From positions 44,082,001 through 44,146,000 of the forward strand of contig NC_135820.1 in the NCBI RefSeq assembly GCF_964213995.1: a stretch of 64,000 bases of DNA. Direction: 5' to 3'. The notes under the pieces are model-generated. The model worked only from the letters and a program-made list of their open reading frames with translations, had not been told where the DNA came from and did no database searches. Each line of letters starts with the position of its first letter. Position 1 is the first letter of the stretch. The position numbers and the translations under genes are program-made. Of this stretch, positions 40,600 through 54,192 are shown in pieces. The stretch comes from Mustelus asterias (taxonomy: Eukaryota).

Positions 40600-41360
40600 C
40601 TGGGGAGAGAGCACGATAGATCACAGTCATGTCTCTTTCTCGTGAATATAGCTAGCAAATTAAGTGACAAGAAAATAAAGGCTTCAGTATCAGAGAGTAG
40701 GTTCTTTAAATGTTTCGAATATAATAAATGCAGCTTACAGTTGAGTAATCTCCAGAATTACAAAGGAAATTATTTTGCCTATCTTCTCCTTTTCCATCTC
40801 CCCCAAATCAAATTGATAAGACAATAAAAAATTTGTATTTTTATATTAAAATCATTCCGAAATTGACCTCCACACTCTTTTCAACTATCACCAATTAACT
40901 TATGAATTTAATCCATTTTAGTTTGCTCTCTGCTGTACTAATAATTATTACTGAGCAATATTCTATCTGCAGTGTGCTACACCCATGCTCATAGGTTTTT
41001 AGAAATTATTCATTCATGGGATGTGGGCGTCACTGACAAGGCCTACATTTATTGCCCATCCCTAATTGCCCTTGAGAATGTAGTGTTAAGCTGCCTTCCT
41101 AAATCTCTGGAGTCGATGTGGTGTAGGTACACCCACAGTGCTGTTAGCCAGGAAGTACCAGGATTTTGAACAAGTTCTGATGAAGTAACTTGGAACTGAC
41201 TGAATATTCCCTAGTCATGCTGATGTGCAACTTTGAGCAATCCTCCAGTTGGTGGTGTTCCCATGTACTTGCTGCCCTTGTCCTTCTAGGAGGTGGGCGT
41301 TGAAGGGAAGGAATGAGTGAGTTGGAGCTGAGTGAGATGGGAAGGCATGAATGAGTAAGA

Positions 41361-41710
41361 TTATAGAAATCATAGAAACCCTACAGTGCAGAAAGAGGCC
41401 ATTTGGCCCATCGAGTCTGCACCAACAACAATCCCACCTAGGCCCTATCCCTGTAACTCCACATATTTACCCCGCTCATCCCTCTAACCTATGCATCCAA
41501 GGCACTAAGGGGCAATTTAGCATGGCTAATCAACCTAGCCTGCACATCTTTGGACATCTTTGAGAGGAAACCAGAACACCCGGAGGAAACCCACGCAGAC
41601 ACGGGGAGAATGTGCAAACTCCACACAGACAGTGACCCAAGCGGGGAATCGAACCAGGGTCCCTGGCGTTGTGAGGCAGCCGTGCTAACCACTGTGCCAC
41701 CATGCCGCCC
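41361..41710 (-). mobile_element. HE1-like V-SINE, tail type A
   Basis: Full head, V-domain and tail. Confidence 0.92.
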
Positions 41711-43449
41711 AAGTAGTTGGGTGGTGGATTGTTTGGTGGGGAAGAGGAGCTGGGTACATGTATGGGTCAGGAAAAGAGGGGCTTCACTGAGTCTTCTATC
41801 ACCATGGAATATGGCAAGTTTGGCTGAATCCTACATGAGTACATAAAATAACATTTTTGAAAGTACTTTAAAACCGCAGGTTTTCATATTTAAGTGAACT
41901 GAATGGCATCAAGCTTCTTGAGAGATGTAGAATTGCACTTATCCAGGTCAATGGTGACCCCCTAGAATGTTGATGGCAGGATATTCAGCAATGGTAATTC
42001 CTTTAAATGTTATAGGGAGGTGGTTAAAGTCTCTTAGTGGAGATGATCACAGCCTGGCAATTGTGAGACACAAGTCTGAATGTTGCTCAAGTCTCACTGT
42101 GTACAGGGGCAGACAGCTTCATCATCTGAGGAGCTCTTTAAATTTTTCCTAGCTTAAGGACTGTCATGAGTTCTTCAGAGAGCATCTGCTTAACCAGACA
42201 CTCAACATGCTAATTTGCTGCCTATATTCAGAATTCCAAACATCAAAAATCTTTCATGATGTCACTGTAGTTGGTGTTTCTTCTTGAATTTTTCTTGTAT
42301 CTTTTGTCAAATCTGATGCATTGAATTAGACTGGTCTTCAATGTTTGTTGAACTTGCTCCTATATGATTCTTCTCAGTGGAAGAAATCACAAAATGTGGA
42401 GGTGGTGAGGGAGGGAACATAGAACATAGACATAGAACAGTACAGCACAGAACAGGCCCTTCGGCCCACGATGTTGTGCCGACCTTCATCTGAAACCAAG
42501 ATCAAGCTATCCCACTCCCTACCATCCTGGTGTGCTCCATGTGCCTATCCAATAACCGCTTAAATGTTCCTACGAACAAGTACGAAGAAATTGTCTTCGT
42601 AATACTGCTTTTGTCTCTCAGCTCCGTGCAAGAACAACAACAGAAAGGGGCAATATAATTTGTTCTGATTATTCAAAGCTTCACAGGTTCTATTTGACAC
42701 ACTGATTTTATTCAATTCGGAACTGTAACGTGCAGACCAGGAAGGGCCCAAGTTCGACTCCCAGGCAACAATTCTCCTGTCCCATGTCAGAACGGAGGCA
42801 GGACAGCAAACAAAATAGTCACCTGGTGGCACAGACATTCATCTTTCCTCCATTTCTGCCCTTCGTCAGTTTTCAGTAGGCAGGGAGGGAGTGGGGCCAT
42901 TAACGAGGCAATTTAGATTTTTGTGGTTTCATTAAGAGCTCATCCCTGGTAATCTTTTCCAATTCTCAGTAAGGTGGCTGGATTTCAGCAGCTGTCAGCA
43001 GACAGACAGAAGGTGGGGACAGGGTCAGTTGTAAGTTAACGTGCGAAGATACAGTTTGAAATGGCACTGAAGAGGCTGAGTGTAGCGGGAGAGGGGGTGG
43101 GGGTCCGAGCCAATATAAAAATAATTCTCTGAGTTTCAAAATGTGTCACCAGCCTACCCTGTCGTGAGTTCCAAGCCTTCCACTGCCCTCTGAAAAGTAG
43201 GACATTTTACATTTGGCAACCTTTCTCCTGAAACTTTATTTTGTTTTTGGCAGCCACGGCAATGGCTGCCAATTGGCTTCCTTGGTGTTCTGCTTCTATT
43301 GCCGCCCCATGCTCTGACAACTAATTAGGTCCGACTACAGACTTCAACCAGATGAAATCGGAGTTCTCAGCCGAGGGCTTAATTTTTGCCCCACCACCAA
43401 AATAGACCTCATCAGTCTCGCAGCAGACACAGAGGAATTCATCAGGCGA

Positions 43450-45540
43450 ATGAGGCTGCGGGAGTTCTTCCACAAACCCCAAGAGGCCAACAACGAACAC
43501 AATGGGACAGCCAATGAACCGGAACAGCCGACAGAGAGATCCGCAGTGCATCCGAAGAGGAAAGAGTCGAATTGGACTCCTCCGGAAGGCTGCTGCCCTC
43601 GACTTGACATGTATGCCCAAGCCGTCAGGAGGTGCGTCAACACCAAATTCATCAGCCGCACTCACAAGACAGCCCCGAACATCACCCAAGCACAACGTAA
43701 CGCCATCCACACTCTCAAGACCAACCGCAACATTGTCATCAAACCAGCAGACAAAGGAGGGGCCATCGTCATACTGAACAGAACGGATTACTGCAAAGAA
43801 GTGTACCGACAACTCAACAACGAGGAACACTACAGACAGTTACCTGCAGATCCGACCAAAGAACACACCCGTCAACTCAACACTCTGATCAAGACCTTTG
43901 ATCCGGACCTTCAGAACACCCTCCGTGCTCTCATCCCACGTACTCCCCGCGTTGGAGATCTCTACTGCCTCCCGAAGATACACAAGGCAAACACACCCGG
44001 CCGTCCCATCGTATCGGGCAATGGGACCCTGTGCGAGAACCTCTCCGGCTATGTCGAGGGCATCCTGAAACCCATTGTACAAAGAACCCCCAGCTTTTGT
44101 CGCGACACGACGGACTTCCTACAGAAACTCGGCACACATGGAGCAGTTGAACCAGGAGCGCTCCTCGTCACAATGGATGTCTCAGCACTCTACACCAGCA
44201 TCCCCCATGATGATGGCATTGCTGCAACGGCCTCAGTGCTCAGCGCCAACAACTGCCAGTTTCCAGATGCAATTTTACATCTCATCCGCTTCATCCTGGA
44301 CCACAATATCTTCACCTTCAACAACCAGTTCTTCATCCAGACACACGGAACAGCCATGGGGACCACATTTGCACCTCAATATGCCAACATCTTCATGCAC
44401 AGGTTCGAACAAGACTTCTTCACCGCACGGGACCTTCAACCGATGCTATACACTAGATACATCGATGACATTTTCTTCCTTTGGACTCATGGTGAACAAT
44501 CACTGAAACAACTCTATGATGACATCAACAAGTTCCATCCCACCATCAGGCTCACCATAGACTACTCTCCGGAATCGGTTGCATTCTTGGACACGCGCAT
44601 CTCCATTAAGGACGGTCACCTCAGCACCTCACTGTACCACAAGCCCACGGATAACCTCACGATGCTCCACTACTCCAGCTTCCACCCTAAACACGTTAAA
44701 GAAGCCATTCCCTACGGACAAGCCCTCCGTATACACAGGATCTGCTCGGATGAGGAGGATCGCAACAGACACCTCCAGACGCTGAAAGATGCCCTCATAA
44801 GAACAGGATATGGCGCTAGACTCATTGATCAACAGTTCCAACGCGCCACAGCGAAAAACCGCACCGACCTCCTCAGAAGACAAACACGGGACACAGTGGA
44901 CAGAGTACCTTTCGTCGTCCAGTACTTCCCCGGAGCGGAGAAGCTACGGCATCTTCTCCGGAGCCTTCAACATGTCATTGATGAAGACGAACATCTCGCC
45001 AAGGCCATCCCCACACCCCCACTTCTTGCCTTCAAACAACCGCACAACCTCAAACAGACCATTGTCCACAGCAAACTACCCAGCCTTCAGGAGAACAGTG
45101 ACCAAGACACCACACAACCCTGCCACAGCAACCTCTGCAAGACGTGCCGGATCATCGACACAGATGCCATCATCTCACGTGAGAACACCATCCACCAGGT
45201 ACACGGTACATACTCTTGCAACTCGGCCAACGTTGTCTACCTGATACGCTGCAAGAAAGGATGTCCCGAGGCATGGTACATTGGGGAAACTATGCAGACG
45301 CTGCGACAACGGATGAATGAACACCGCTCGACAATCACCAGGCAAGACTGTTCTCTTCCTGTTGGGGAGCACTTCAGCGGTCACGGGCATTCGGCCTCTG
45401 ATATTCGGGTAAGCGTTCTCCAAGGCGGCCTTCGCGACACACGACAGCGCAGAGTCGCTGAGCAGAAACTGATAGCCAAGTTCCGCACACACAAGGACGG
45501 CCTCAACCGGGATATTGGGTTCATGTCACAATATTTGTAA
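43450..45540 (+). CDS. PLE reverse transcriptase + GIY-YIG endonuclease (696 aa; frame open upstream to the insertion junction)
   Basis: KPADKGG, LPKIHK, GRPIVS, TMDVSALYTSI, GTAMG, RYIDD; Cys linker PCHSNLCKTC; VVYLIRC...WYIGET..LRQRMNEH; upstream in-frame LSRGLNFCPT. Confidence 0.96.
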   Translation: MRLREFFHKPQEANNEHNGTANEPEQPTERSAVHPKRKESNWTPPEGCCPRLDMYAQAVRRCVNTKFISRTHKTAPNITQAQRNAIHTLKTNRNIVIKPADKGGAIVILNRTDYCKEVYRQLNNEEHYRQLPADPTKEHTRQLNTLIKTFDPDLQNTLRALIPRTPRVGDLYCLPKIHKANTPGRPIVSGNGTLCENLSGYVEGILKPIVQRTPSFCRDTTDFLQKLGTHGAVEPGALLVTMDVSALYTSIPHDDGIAATASVLSANNCQFPDAILHLIRFILDHNIFTFNNQFFIQTHGTAMGTTFAPQYANIFMHRFEQDFFTARDLQPMLYTRYIDDIFFLWTHGEQSLKQLYDDINKFHPTIRLTIDYSPESVAFLDTRISIKDGHLSTSLYHKPTDNLTMLHYSSFHPKHVKEAIPYGQALRIHRICSDEEDRNRHLQTLKDALIRTGYGARLIDQQFQRATAKNRTDLLRRQTRDTVDRVPFVVQYFPGAEKLRHLLRSLQHVIDEDEHLAKAIPTPPLLAFKQPHNLKQTIVHSKLPSLQENSDQDTTQPCHSNLCKTCRIIDTDAIISRENTIHQVHGTYSCNSANVVYLIRCKKGCPEAWYIGETMQTLRQRMNEHRSTITRQDCSLPVGEHFSGHGHSASDIRVSVLQGGLRDTRQRRVAEQKLIAKFRTHKDGLNRDIGFMSQYL

Positions 45541-45743
45541 CTCCCACAGTTGCGTGGACCTGCAGAGTTTCACTGGCTGTCTTGTCTGGAGACAATACAC
45601 ATCTTTTTAGCCTGTCTTGATGCTCTCTCCACTCCCATTGTTTTGTTTCTTAAAGACTGGATTAGTTGTAAGTATTCGCATTCCAACCATTATTCATGTA
45701 AATTGAGTCTGTGTCTTTATAAATTCTGTTTGTGAACAGAATT

Positions 45744-45790
45744 CCCACTCACCTGAAGAAGGGGCTTAGAGCCTCGAAAGCTTGTGTGGC
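45744..45790 (+). ncRNA. Minimal type I hammerhead ribozyme
   Basis: cac-CTGAAGA-a-ggggct/agcctc-GAAA-gctt-gtg; palindromic AAGCTT in place of stem III. Confidence 0.8.
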
Positions 45791-46824
45791 TTTTGCTACC
45801 AAATAAACCTGTTGGACTTTAACCTGGTGTTGTTAAACTTCTAACTAATTAGGTGGCAGACCCAACTCTAAGGTCAGTGAGGCCCAAAGCCTGGAAAACC
45901 CCTCTTCCCAGAGGCTGGCAACGGAGGAGGAATCGAGACCTGGAATAGAATCCACCTCAAGAGCTTCCAGCTCCAAGAGGAAAAATCGCCCCCTGCCCAC
46001 CCCGGTCTCTGTTGAATTAGCCGATCTCATTTGAGGCAATAACAGTCTGTTGTCACTGGCTTCAACATTAAGGAGAAAACTTATCAGCATGGTTTGTGTC
46101 AGCTGGTTCCTGTTGGGGATTGCATACATTGGACTTTGGGCCAGTACAGAACCAAACTTCATTGTGATCCATTCAATCATCAAACAGCTACTGATACACA
46201 TCAGAAAGGTCTGCTTGGATGAGATGCCAGAGAGTGGCTGGTCAGTTCTACACATTTATGGTTAGTGGATGGAAAAGCTATCAAGGGGTTAATGCTTTTT
46301 GGAGGGAAGGAGAGAAAATTAATGAGAAAAAGATAAGCAAAGATGTTGTCAAAGTTTATGACTGGATCTATTATATGACAATAATCCCAAGTGCAAAGGT
46401 TTATAGGCTTGATACTGACAAGTCCATTGGGAGATATGGCAAAGGATCTGTTAATTTACATCTGAGACTCCAACTCATTAGTAACATGAGTGTGTGTCTC
46501 TGTTTGGGTGGAAATGACACAGAATAATCAGCTGAGAAGCATGTTATTCATCAGTTCCTTTACTGTGTTATTTTTAAATTTATATTTGTGTAATTGTGCT
46601 TTGATAGTTCGAGGCCACGGGGAAGCACAGAATTGAACTCAACAACATACTACTTGTTTGAGCCATTTTAAAGTCAGGCTGCGATAATGTGAGAAAACAA
46701 ATTGGCAGACCTATTGTACAAATCTCCACACCGAAACGGCTGAGTTTTTGCAGCGTTTTCAGTTCAGATCTCACATCCCCCAGCATCTGCAGTATTTTGC
46801 CTGCTGAAGAACTCGTACGTTAAA

Positions 46825-47277
46825 GTAGTTTATTTATTAGTCACAAGTAAGGCTTACATTAACACTGCAATGAAGTTACTGTGAAATTCCCCTAGCTGCC
46901 ACATTATGGCGCCTGTTCAGGTAAATGCACCTAACCAACATGTCTTTCAGACTGTGGGAGGAAACCGGAGCACCCAGAGGAAACCCACACAGACATGGGG
47001 AGAACATGCAAACTCCACACAGACAGTGACCCAAGCCAGGAATCAAACCCGGGTCCCTGGCGCTGTGAGGCAGCAGTGCTAACCACTGTGCCACCCTGCC
47101 ATCCCCAAACTTTAAAACTATGCACCTAACCAGTGCATCTTTCGGACTGTGGGAGGAAACCAGTGCACCCGGAGGAAAGCCAAGTAGGCACGGGAGAATG
47201 TGCAGACAGTCACCCAAGCCGGGATTGAACCTGGGACCCTGGCACTGTGACGCAGCAATGCTAACCACTGTGCCACC
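46825..47277 (-). mobile_element. Two tandem HE1-like V-SINEs (46825-47100 type B; 47118-47277 tail-less)
   Basis: Two heads and two V-domains. Confidence 0.88.
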
Positions 47278-48406
47278 AGAAGATTTTTTCCCTGAGAGTA
47301 AGCCACTTAATCGCTGGAATTATATCGCCCCGCCCGCCACGAAATCGGTGTGGGCGAGGGGCGGGCAACAGAAATGTCCGTTGACCTCGGGCGGGAATTT
47401 CCGGTCTCGCTTGAGCGGGGCTGTAAAATCTCGCCCATTGTGTTTTCATAAACTCTTTTGAGTGTTATCCTAATGCATATTTCTTTTAAACATGTTAATG
47501 GGTCTGCTGAACAGAGGACTTTTACATGAGCACATTCAGCAGCCGACTGCCAGAGGACGTTAAAGTCCAATGCAATTTCTTGCACAGCTCGCCACAAGTT
47601 ACTCCAAGCAGCTCCGAGGAAATTCCCAGCCGTTTGTCCCGAAACATTGAAAACAGTGTTAAGCAAATATCTCGGATAAAGCCTTCTGTGTTGGGTAACT
47701 GTGCACAACATATTCATCCTGACAGCTCGCTGACAAACTATTCAGCTCCTGGGAGAAGATGATGCAATTTAGCACTCACTGACAGCATTGACGGTAAATG
47801 CATTTAACACTCAGGGTCACACTCTGATCTTATACCAACATGAATAGACCGCCTCGGCTGAGGGGAAATCCCCTGAAAAGTCCAATTTGACATTTTGCAC
47901 ACAGCAGACAGGGTTGTGTTTTAGATTTTAGTACTTCCTTCCTGAAGCTAATCAGCCAGAATCACAATGAGAAAGTCAACTTTCATGAGTTGAATTCTGT
48001 TTCTGCGCAAGTACTCCAGTGACCTGAGTAGATTTCCTTCTGCAAAATGAGAGGACTTTTACAGTAATATTTACATTTTATTTGCTGAGTATTACAGATG
48101 CTTCTTTTCAGGAAAGTGGCCTTAAAAGCATGTTGCCAGTGTGAAATTCTGACGCACTGACAGTTCTGGAAGGTTTGTTCACAAAATGTTCAGATAGTGC
48201 ATAATTTGGAATTTTAAAAATGGCGGATGGAGGACAGAACAGGTTTCTCACAATGAATGTATTAGGTGGGAGAATTTTTGGTTCTAAAGGCCTGGATATT
48301 CTGATGGGGGGTGGGGGTGGGGTGTGTTTAGGAGTACAGATCTGAGGCCGGCTTGGAGCTTACAATGGATGTGACCATCCCAAAACCCTGAGCCATTTTG
48401 AATATA

Positions 48407-48736
48407 GGGCGGCACGGTAACACAGTGGTTAGCACTGCTGACTCACAGCGCCAGGGTCGTGCGTTTGAATCCCGACTTGGGTGACTGTCTGTGTGGAGTT
48501 TGCACATTCTCCCCAGGTCTGCGTGGGTTTCCTCCGGGTGCTCCGGTTTCCTCCCACAGTTCAAAGATGTGCGGGTTAGGTGGATTGGCCATGCTAAATT
48601 GCCCCTTAGTGTCAGGAGGGCTAGCTAGGGTAAATGCATGGGGTTATGGGGATAGGGTCTGGGTGGGATTGTGGTCAGTGCAGACACGATGGTCCGAATG
48701 GCCTCCTTCTGCACTGTCGGATTCTATGATTCTATG
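48407..48736 (+). mobile_element. HE1-like V-SINE, tail type A
   Basis: Full head, V-domain and tail. Confidence 0.92.
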
Positions 48737-48997
48737 GTTGGAAGTCATCAATCCCATTTGTGACACTGAGCACGTACATCGGGTGAGGAGAGTGGAATAT
48801 TCACTGTACACCTTGCTGCCATGTAAACAGGTCCCAAGCACAGAATGAGCTGAATTCATACATTTGAAAATTTAATGGAAGCTTGCTTCCTTAAAGGAAT
48901 TGAGTATGGACAATTGATTGCTTGTGGTAGAATTTTGAGGACTGTTGCAGTGGCGGCGGGGCTGTAAAATGCGGTGAGCCGTTCAAAACTCCATTGA

Positions 48998-49922
48998 TTT
49001 GATTTGATTTATTATTGTCACATGTATTAACATACAGTGAAAAGTATTGTTTCTTACGCGCTATACAGACAAAACATACTGTTCATAGAGAAGGAAACGA
49101 GAGAGTGCAGAATGTAGTGTTACAGTCATAGCTGGGGTGTAGAGAAAGATCAACTTAATGCAAGGTAGGTCCATTCAAAAGTCTGATGACAGCAGGGAAG
49201 AAGTTGTTCTCGAGTTGATTGGTACATGACCTCTGACTTTTGTACCTATTTCCCAATGGAAGAAGGTGGAAGAGAGAATGTCCGGGGTGCAAAGGGTCCT
49301 TAATTATGCTGGCTGCTTTGCCGAGGCAGCAAGAAGTGTAGACAGAGTCAATGGATGGGAGGCTGGTTTACGTGATGGTTTGGGCTACATTCATGACCTT
49401 TCGTAGTTTTTTGCAATCTTGGGCAGAGCAGGAGCCATACCAAGCTGTGATACAACCAGAAAGAATGCTTTCTATGGTGCATCTGTAAAAGGTGGTGAGA
49501 GTCATAGCTGACATGCCAAATTTCCTTAGTCTTCTGAGAAAGTAGAGGTGTTGGTGGGCTTTCTTAACTACAGTGTCGGCATGGGGGGACCAGGACAGAT
49601 TGTTGGTGATCTGGACACCTAAAAACTTGAAGCTCTCGACCCCTTCTACTTCGTCCCCGTTGATGTAGACAGGGCATGTTCTCTTTTACCCTTCCTGAAG
49701 TTGATGGTAATCTCCTTCGTTTTGTTGACATTGAGGGAGAGATAATTGTTGCCGCACCAGTTCACCAGATTCTCTATCTCATTCCTGTACTCTGTCGCGT
49801 CATTGTTTGAGATCCGACCCACTACGGTGGTGTCGTCAGCAAACTTGAAAATCGAATTGGAGGGGAATTTGGCCACACAGTCATACGTGTATAAGGAGTA
49901 TAGTAGGGGGCTGAGAACACAC
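48998..49922 (-). mobile_element. Rex1/Babar-type LINE, 5'-truncated
   Basis: KFADDTTVVGRISNNDATEYR...LSLNVNKTKE; (ATCAA)n tail; TSD CCATTGA at 48991-48997 and 49923-49929. Confidence 0.85.
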
Positions 49923-51279
49923 CCATTGACTTTGGCAGGACTAGAAAATCCTGCCAGTGAGAGGGGGTATAAAATTTCACTCCTAGTCTTTAAGCTTTAC
50001 ATCAGTCCCTCCCCAATGCTGTATATTGGAAATGTAAAGACCAGCTGTTCAGCATCGCAAGGATGAAAATGATATGAAATATGTGTATAATGTATTGTCC
50101 TGATATGCATTGTGTAATTTTATGTCCACCCATTTATGGACAAATGCATCTCACCATTCCAACCACCGCCAAAACTTCGGATGGAGGGGAATAAGGATGG
50201 GGACTAAGCAAAACCAGGTCCCACCTACATTCTGTCTATTCCATATCTTTACTTTTTCAGCTGTAGATCTCTGGAATTTAGAATCTTTGGATCTTATCTC
50301 AAAAATGCCTCAATGACCAATGATTTGTAGGAAACCTCAAGAGTCATTTTGCAAAGAACAATGAAATGAATGAGAAGTTTTGGTCGCGCTGCTGGAGTTG
50401 AACCAATAGAACAGCCAGTCGGGACCTCAGTTTAATGTCATATGTGATAAAATACATCTTGAACAATACAGTACTCCATGAGCACTCCTGGAGCATCATT
50501 ACAGGATGAATCCGACCACACTTAACATCAGGATCAGATCATGAGTTGTACCAGAATTCATTGTGCAGCTGGGTCTGTAGGTCCAAAGCATTTTATGGCA
50601 AAGAGACAGGGGGCTTTTGCAGAGATTAAACTGTGGGTCTAAGAAAGCCTCAAAAGATGTAGAAAATTACGTTGGTTATTGCATTTAATTTTGCAGCACA
50701 GAAACAGGTCACTTAGCCCAGATCATTTTGTTGCTTTTTATGCTCCATATAAGCCTCTTTCCACCTTACTTAGTCTCACACCAACACACATCCCTCTATT
50801 CTTTTCTACCTCATTTGCTTCTGTTTTCTCTTAAATAAATCAATGGCATTTGGTTCAATCATTCCATATGTTAGTGAATTCTGCATTCTCACCACTTCAC
50901 ATGGCAACATTGTGGTTTCCATTGATTTCATACCAATGGCATATTGATTAAAAATATGATTGTAAAACCTGCTCTGCAATCTATATGAAGCTCATTTATT
51001 TCAGTTCAGAATATAATGGGTGAAATCAAAGATTAGCATCCTTGAAACAGCCAGGGAATATAATCAATCCGAGTTCTCCCTCTTAATTGTTAGTGACTCA
51101 TTGGGCTGATCAATGGTTGTTACAAACTTGGAGCGGCAAGGGGAGTTAAAACAATGTGAAGAAAGGCAGGTCTGTTTGCATCTTCTAGTATCTACCTCAA
51201 AGTGGCCAAGAACCAAGCATTTAATTCCAGACCTATCTTCCTGAGTTGTAAAACCTACTATCATCCAGAAATAGCGTAC

Positions 51280-51406
51280 CTGTTGCATCAACGGTTATCA
51301 TACCATTGAAATTTTGTGTGTTCGGATCTTCAAAAGATAACATTGGTAATACCAGATTAGTTGATCCACAATCCACTGATACATTAAATGGATGAGAGAA
51401 GCCACA
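51280..51406 (-). CDS. Candidate 127-nt coding exon (CGFSHPFNVSVDCGSTNLVLPMLSFEDPNTQNFNGMITVDAT)
   Basis: ttttttatatgtccctccag acceptor, CAG/gtacgc donor (alternative ATG/gtatga), open frame. Confidence 0.4.
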
Positions 51407-51548
51407 CTGGAGGGACATATAAAAAAATCTATTTCCCGATGGGAAGTTAGCAACAGCACAATCAGGCCTATAGCACTATTGTGGCAGGCTTCTCTAAAAT
51501 CCTAGATAGGATCAGTGATCCCGGCAAGGTGTCACTGGACATACTGGA

Positions 51549-51809
51549 CAGTCTGTGTGGAGTTTGCACATTCTCCTCGTGTCTGCGTGGGTTTCCTCCG
51601 GGTGCTCCGGTTTCCTCCCACAGTCCAAAGATGTGCGGGTTAGGTTAATTGGCCTTGCTAAAATTGTCCCTTAGTGTCCTGAGATGCGTAGGTTAGAAGA
51701 TTAGCAGGTAAATATGTAGCGATAAGGGGGTAGGGCCTGGGTGGGATTGTGGTCGGTGCAGACTCGATGGGCCAAATGGCCTCTTTCTGCACTGTAGGGT
51801 TTCTATGAT
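51549..51809 (+). mobile_element. HE1-like V-SINE, tail type A, 5'-truncated
   Basis: V-domain and tail. Confidence 0.88.
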
Positions 51810-52251
51810 ACTGCTTATGCTGTGTACATTCACCACATTGAATATATAATGTATTCAACATAAGCTCTTTGCATTACTTGAAGCGTATATATGAAGCTGT
51901 GGAGCTGGTGAATCTGGCTAGCGCACAGCCTTTTAAGAGCTGTACTTCACTGAGAAAACAAATGGCCAGGTATGGCGACATGGGCTTTTTTGAATCTTCG
52001 TAACAAGCTCCAATTTGATTATAATCACTTGTCAGCCTTTCTAAAAGGAGAATAAGTGAAGGGTGAAGATAAAAGATGGGAATCCTATTATGGAGGTACA
52101 AAACGGGCTCTTTGGCCTGATTCTCTGTTTGCTGACAAAGTAGACATGTTAATGCATAAGGTGAATGTAAGATGGGTTACCCCCCTCTGGCATGTTAGGA
52201 CATCCTCCCCTCTGGGAGGATGGGCTGGAGGTTTTCTGCACCTCAACAACA

Positions 52252-53260
52252 ATTAACAACAGCATGTATTTGTATGGCACCTTTAATGTAATAAGATGTC
52301 CCAAAGTATAATCCCTACAGTTCAGAAGAGGTCATTCAGTCCATTGAGTCTGCACTGACTCTCTCTCTCTAACTGAGTACCTTGCCAAGGCCCTCTCCCC
52401 TGCCCTATCCCGTAACCCCAGACATTTACCATGACTAATCCCCCTAGCCTACACATCTTGGGAAACTAAGGGGCAATTTAGCATGGCCAATCCACCTGAC
52501 GTGCACATCTTTAGACTGTGGGAGGAAACCAGGGAACTTGAAGGAAACCCATGCAGACACAGGGAGAATGTGCAAACTCCATGCACAGTCACCTAAGACT
52601 GGAATCGAACCTGGGACACTGGCGCTGTGAGGTAGCAGTGCTAACACTTCAAAGGAGTGTTATCAAACAATACTAGCAGCTGAGACACATAAGGTGACAT
52701 TGGGACAGATTGCCAAAAGCTTAAAGTTTATTTATTAGTCACAAGTAAGGCTTACATTAACACTGCAATGAAGTTACTGTGAAATTCCCCTAGTCGCCAC
52801 AGTCCGGCACCTGTTTGGGTCACTGCACCTAACCAGCACATCTTTCAGAATGTGGGAGGAAACCGGAGCACCCAGAGGAAACCCACACAGACACGGGGAG
52901 AACATGCAAACTCCACACAGACAGTGACCCAAGCCGGGAATCGAACCCAAGTCTCTGGCGTTGTGAAGCAGCAGTGCTAACCACTGTGCTACCGTGGTTG
53001 GCCCAAGCTTTTGAGGAGCACCTTAAAGGAAGAAAGAGAGGTGGAGAGATGGAGAGGAATTCTAGAACTTTGGGCCATTGGCAACTGAAAGCTGCCAAGC
53101 CACCGATGGTAGAGCAATAAAATGAAGGATGGTCAAGAGGCCAGAATTAGATGAGCATAGATATATCACAGGGTTGTGGGGCTGGGAAAGAGATAGGAGA
53201 GGTGAGGCCATGGATAGATTTGAAAACAAGGATAAGAATTTTAAAGTCAAGGAGTTGATT
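52252..53260 (-). mobile_element. L2 3' end interrupted by two HE1-like SINEs (52308-52647 type A; 52720-52995 type B)
   Basis: L2 tail pieces rejoin across the SINEs. Confidence 0.8.
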
Positions 53261-54192
53261 AATCTCATGGTGATACCACATCTGTTCACCATAGCTGGAT
53301 TCTTGAAAGGACTTGCAAAGTGCTAGTTAGTGTCTGTGGAGCAGGCAGACAACAAAGCATGAGACCAACATATTATAGGCTATTTGATGAGCCGTCAGAA
53401 AGAGTTGTAAAGGCTTATCTAATTAGACCCATAGCCTGCCACCAAATTTAATCCACATATCTACACATACCGGTAACAGGAGATGAAGTTTGATAAACAA
53501 ATTACTTGTGCTATCAAAGGGAAGCTGTGGCAACCCTGATTGTCACACCCACTGTCATTTACAGAAAAGATTTGCAGAAACCTTCTTTGAGGGGACCATA
53601 TTTGTTGTTGGATTCAAAGGAACTAGACTATTTATTTTTCAAATGAAACTGTTTTTTAACCCCATAGATATTCTGACAGAAACAACGGGCCAAGAAAGAT
53701 TCCAACTTGGGTTCTCCCAAGATATCAAGCATTAATTTGTATGATGAGACTTTTACGTACTGGCTCCAGCTAGATTTTAATAGAAGGGAAGTCCTTTTGG
53801 CTTGTGTCAACAGTGGGATTGATATATGAAACCATTTACAATCCCCTGCACGACTGAAACCCTACCACTCAATACAAGTTCAATGAGAGCATGCCTCCTT
53901 TTCAGAAACAAAGTGATTACTGTGGTTTCATGCAAGCAATGATTCTGTCACAGAAGACTGATGGATTTCAACGTTGTTAGTGGTTTCTGTAGCATAGGAA
54001 TTTAAAGGACACGCCACAGCTAGGTTTGAGGGAGGGTGTTTTTCGGTGACTGCTACCTCTGTAAAGCATTGCCAAGATCTGTTCAGACACAGCCAAGTAC
54101 TGGGTTATCTGTACTGGATTCCTAGGATGAGGGTAATTGAATGTCAAATGGCCATTGAAGGCAATGGGTAGAGCCAAGAATCAAGCACTCAC

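Larger units (their letters stand above)
43331..45842 (+). mobile_element. Penelope-like retrotransposon (Neptune-type), 5'-truncated, young
   Basis: Intact RT-GIY-YIG ORF plus 3' pseudo-LTR; 12-bp TSD AACTAATTAGGT at 43319-43330 and 45843-45854. Confidence 0.95.

Noticed and set aside
43321-45492. Overlapping and antisense ORFs around the Penelope ORF
   Set aside because: Shadow frames of a GC-rich coding sequence, with no recognisable motifs.
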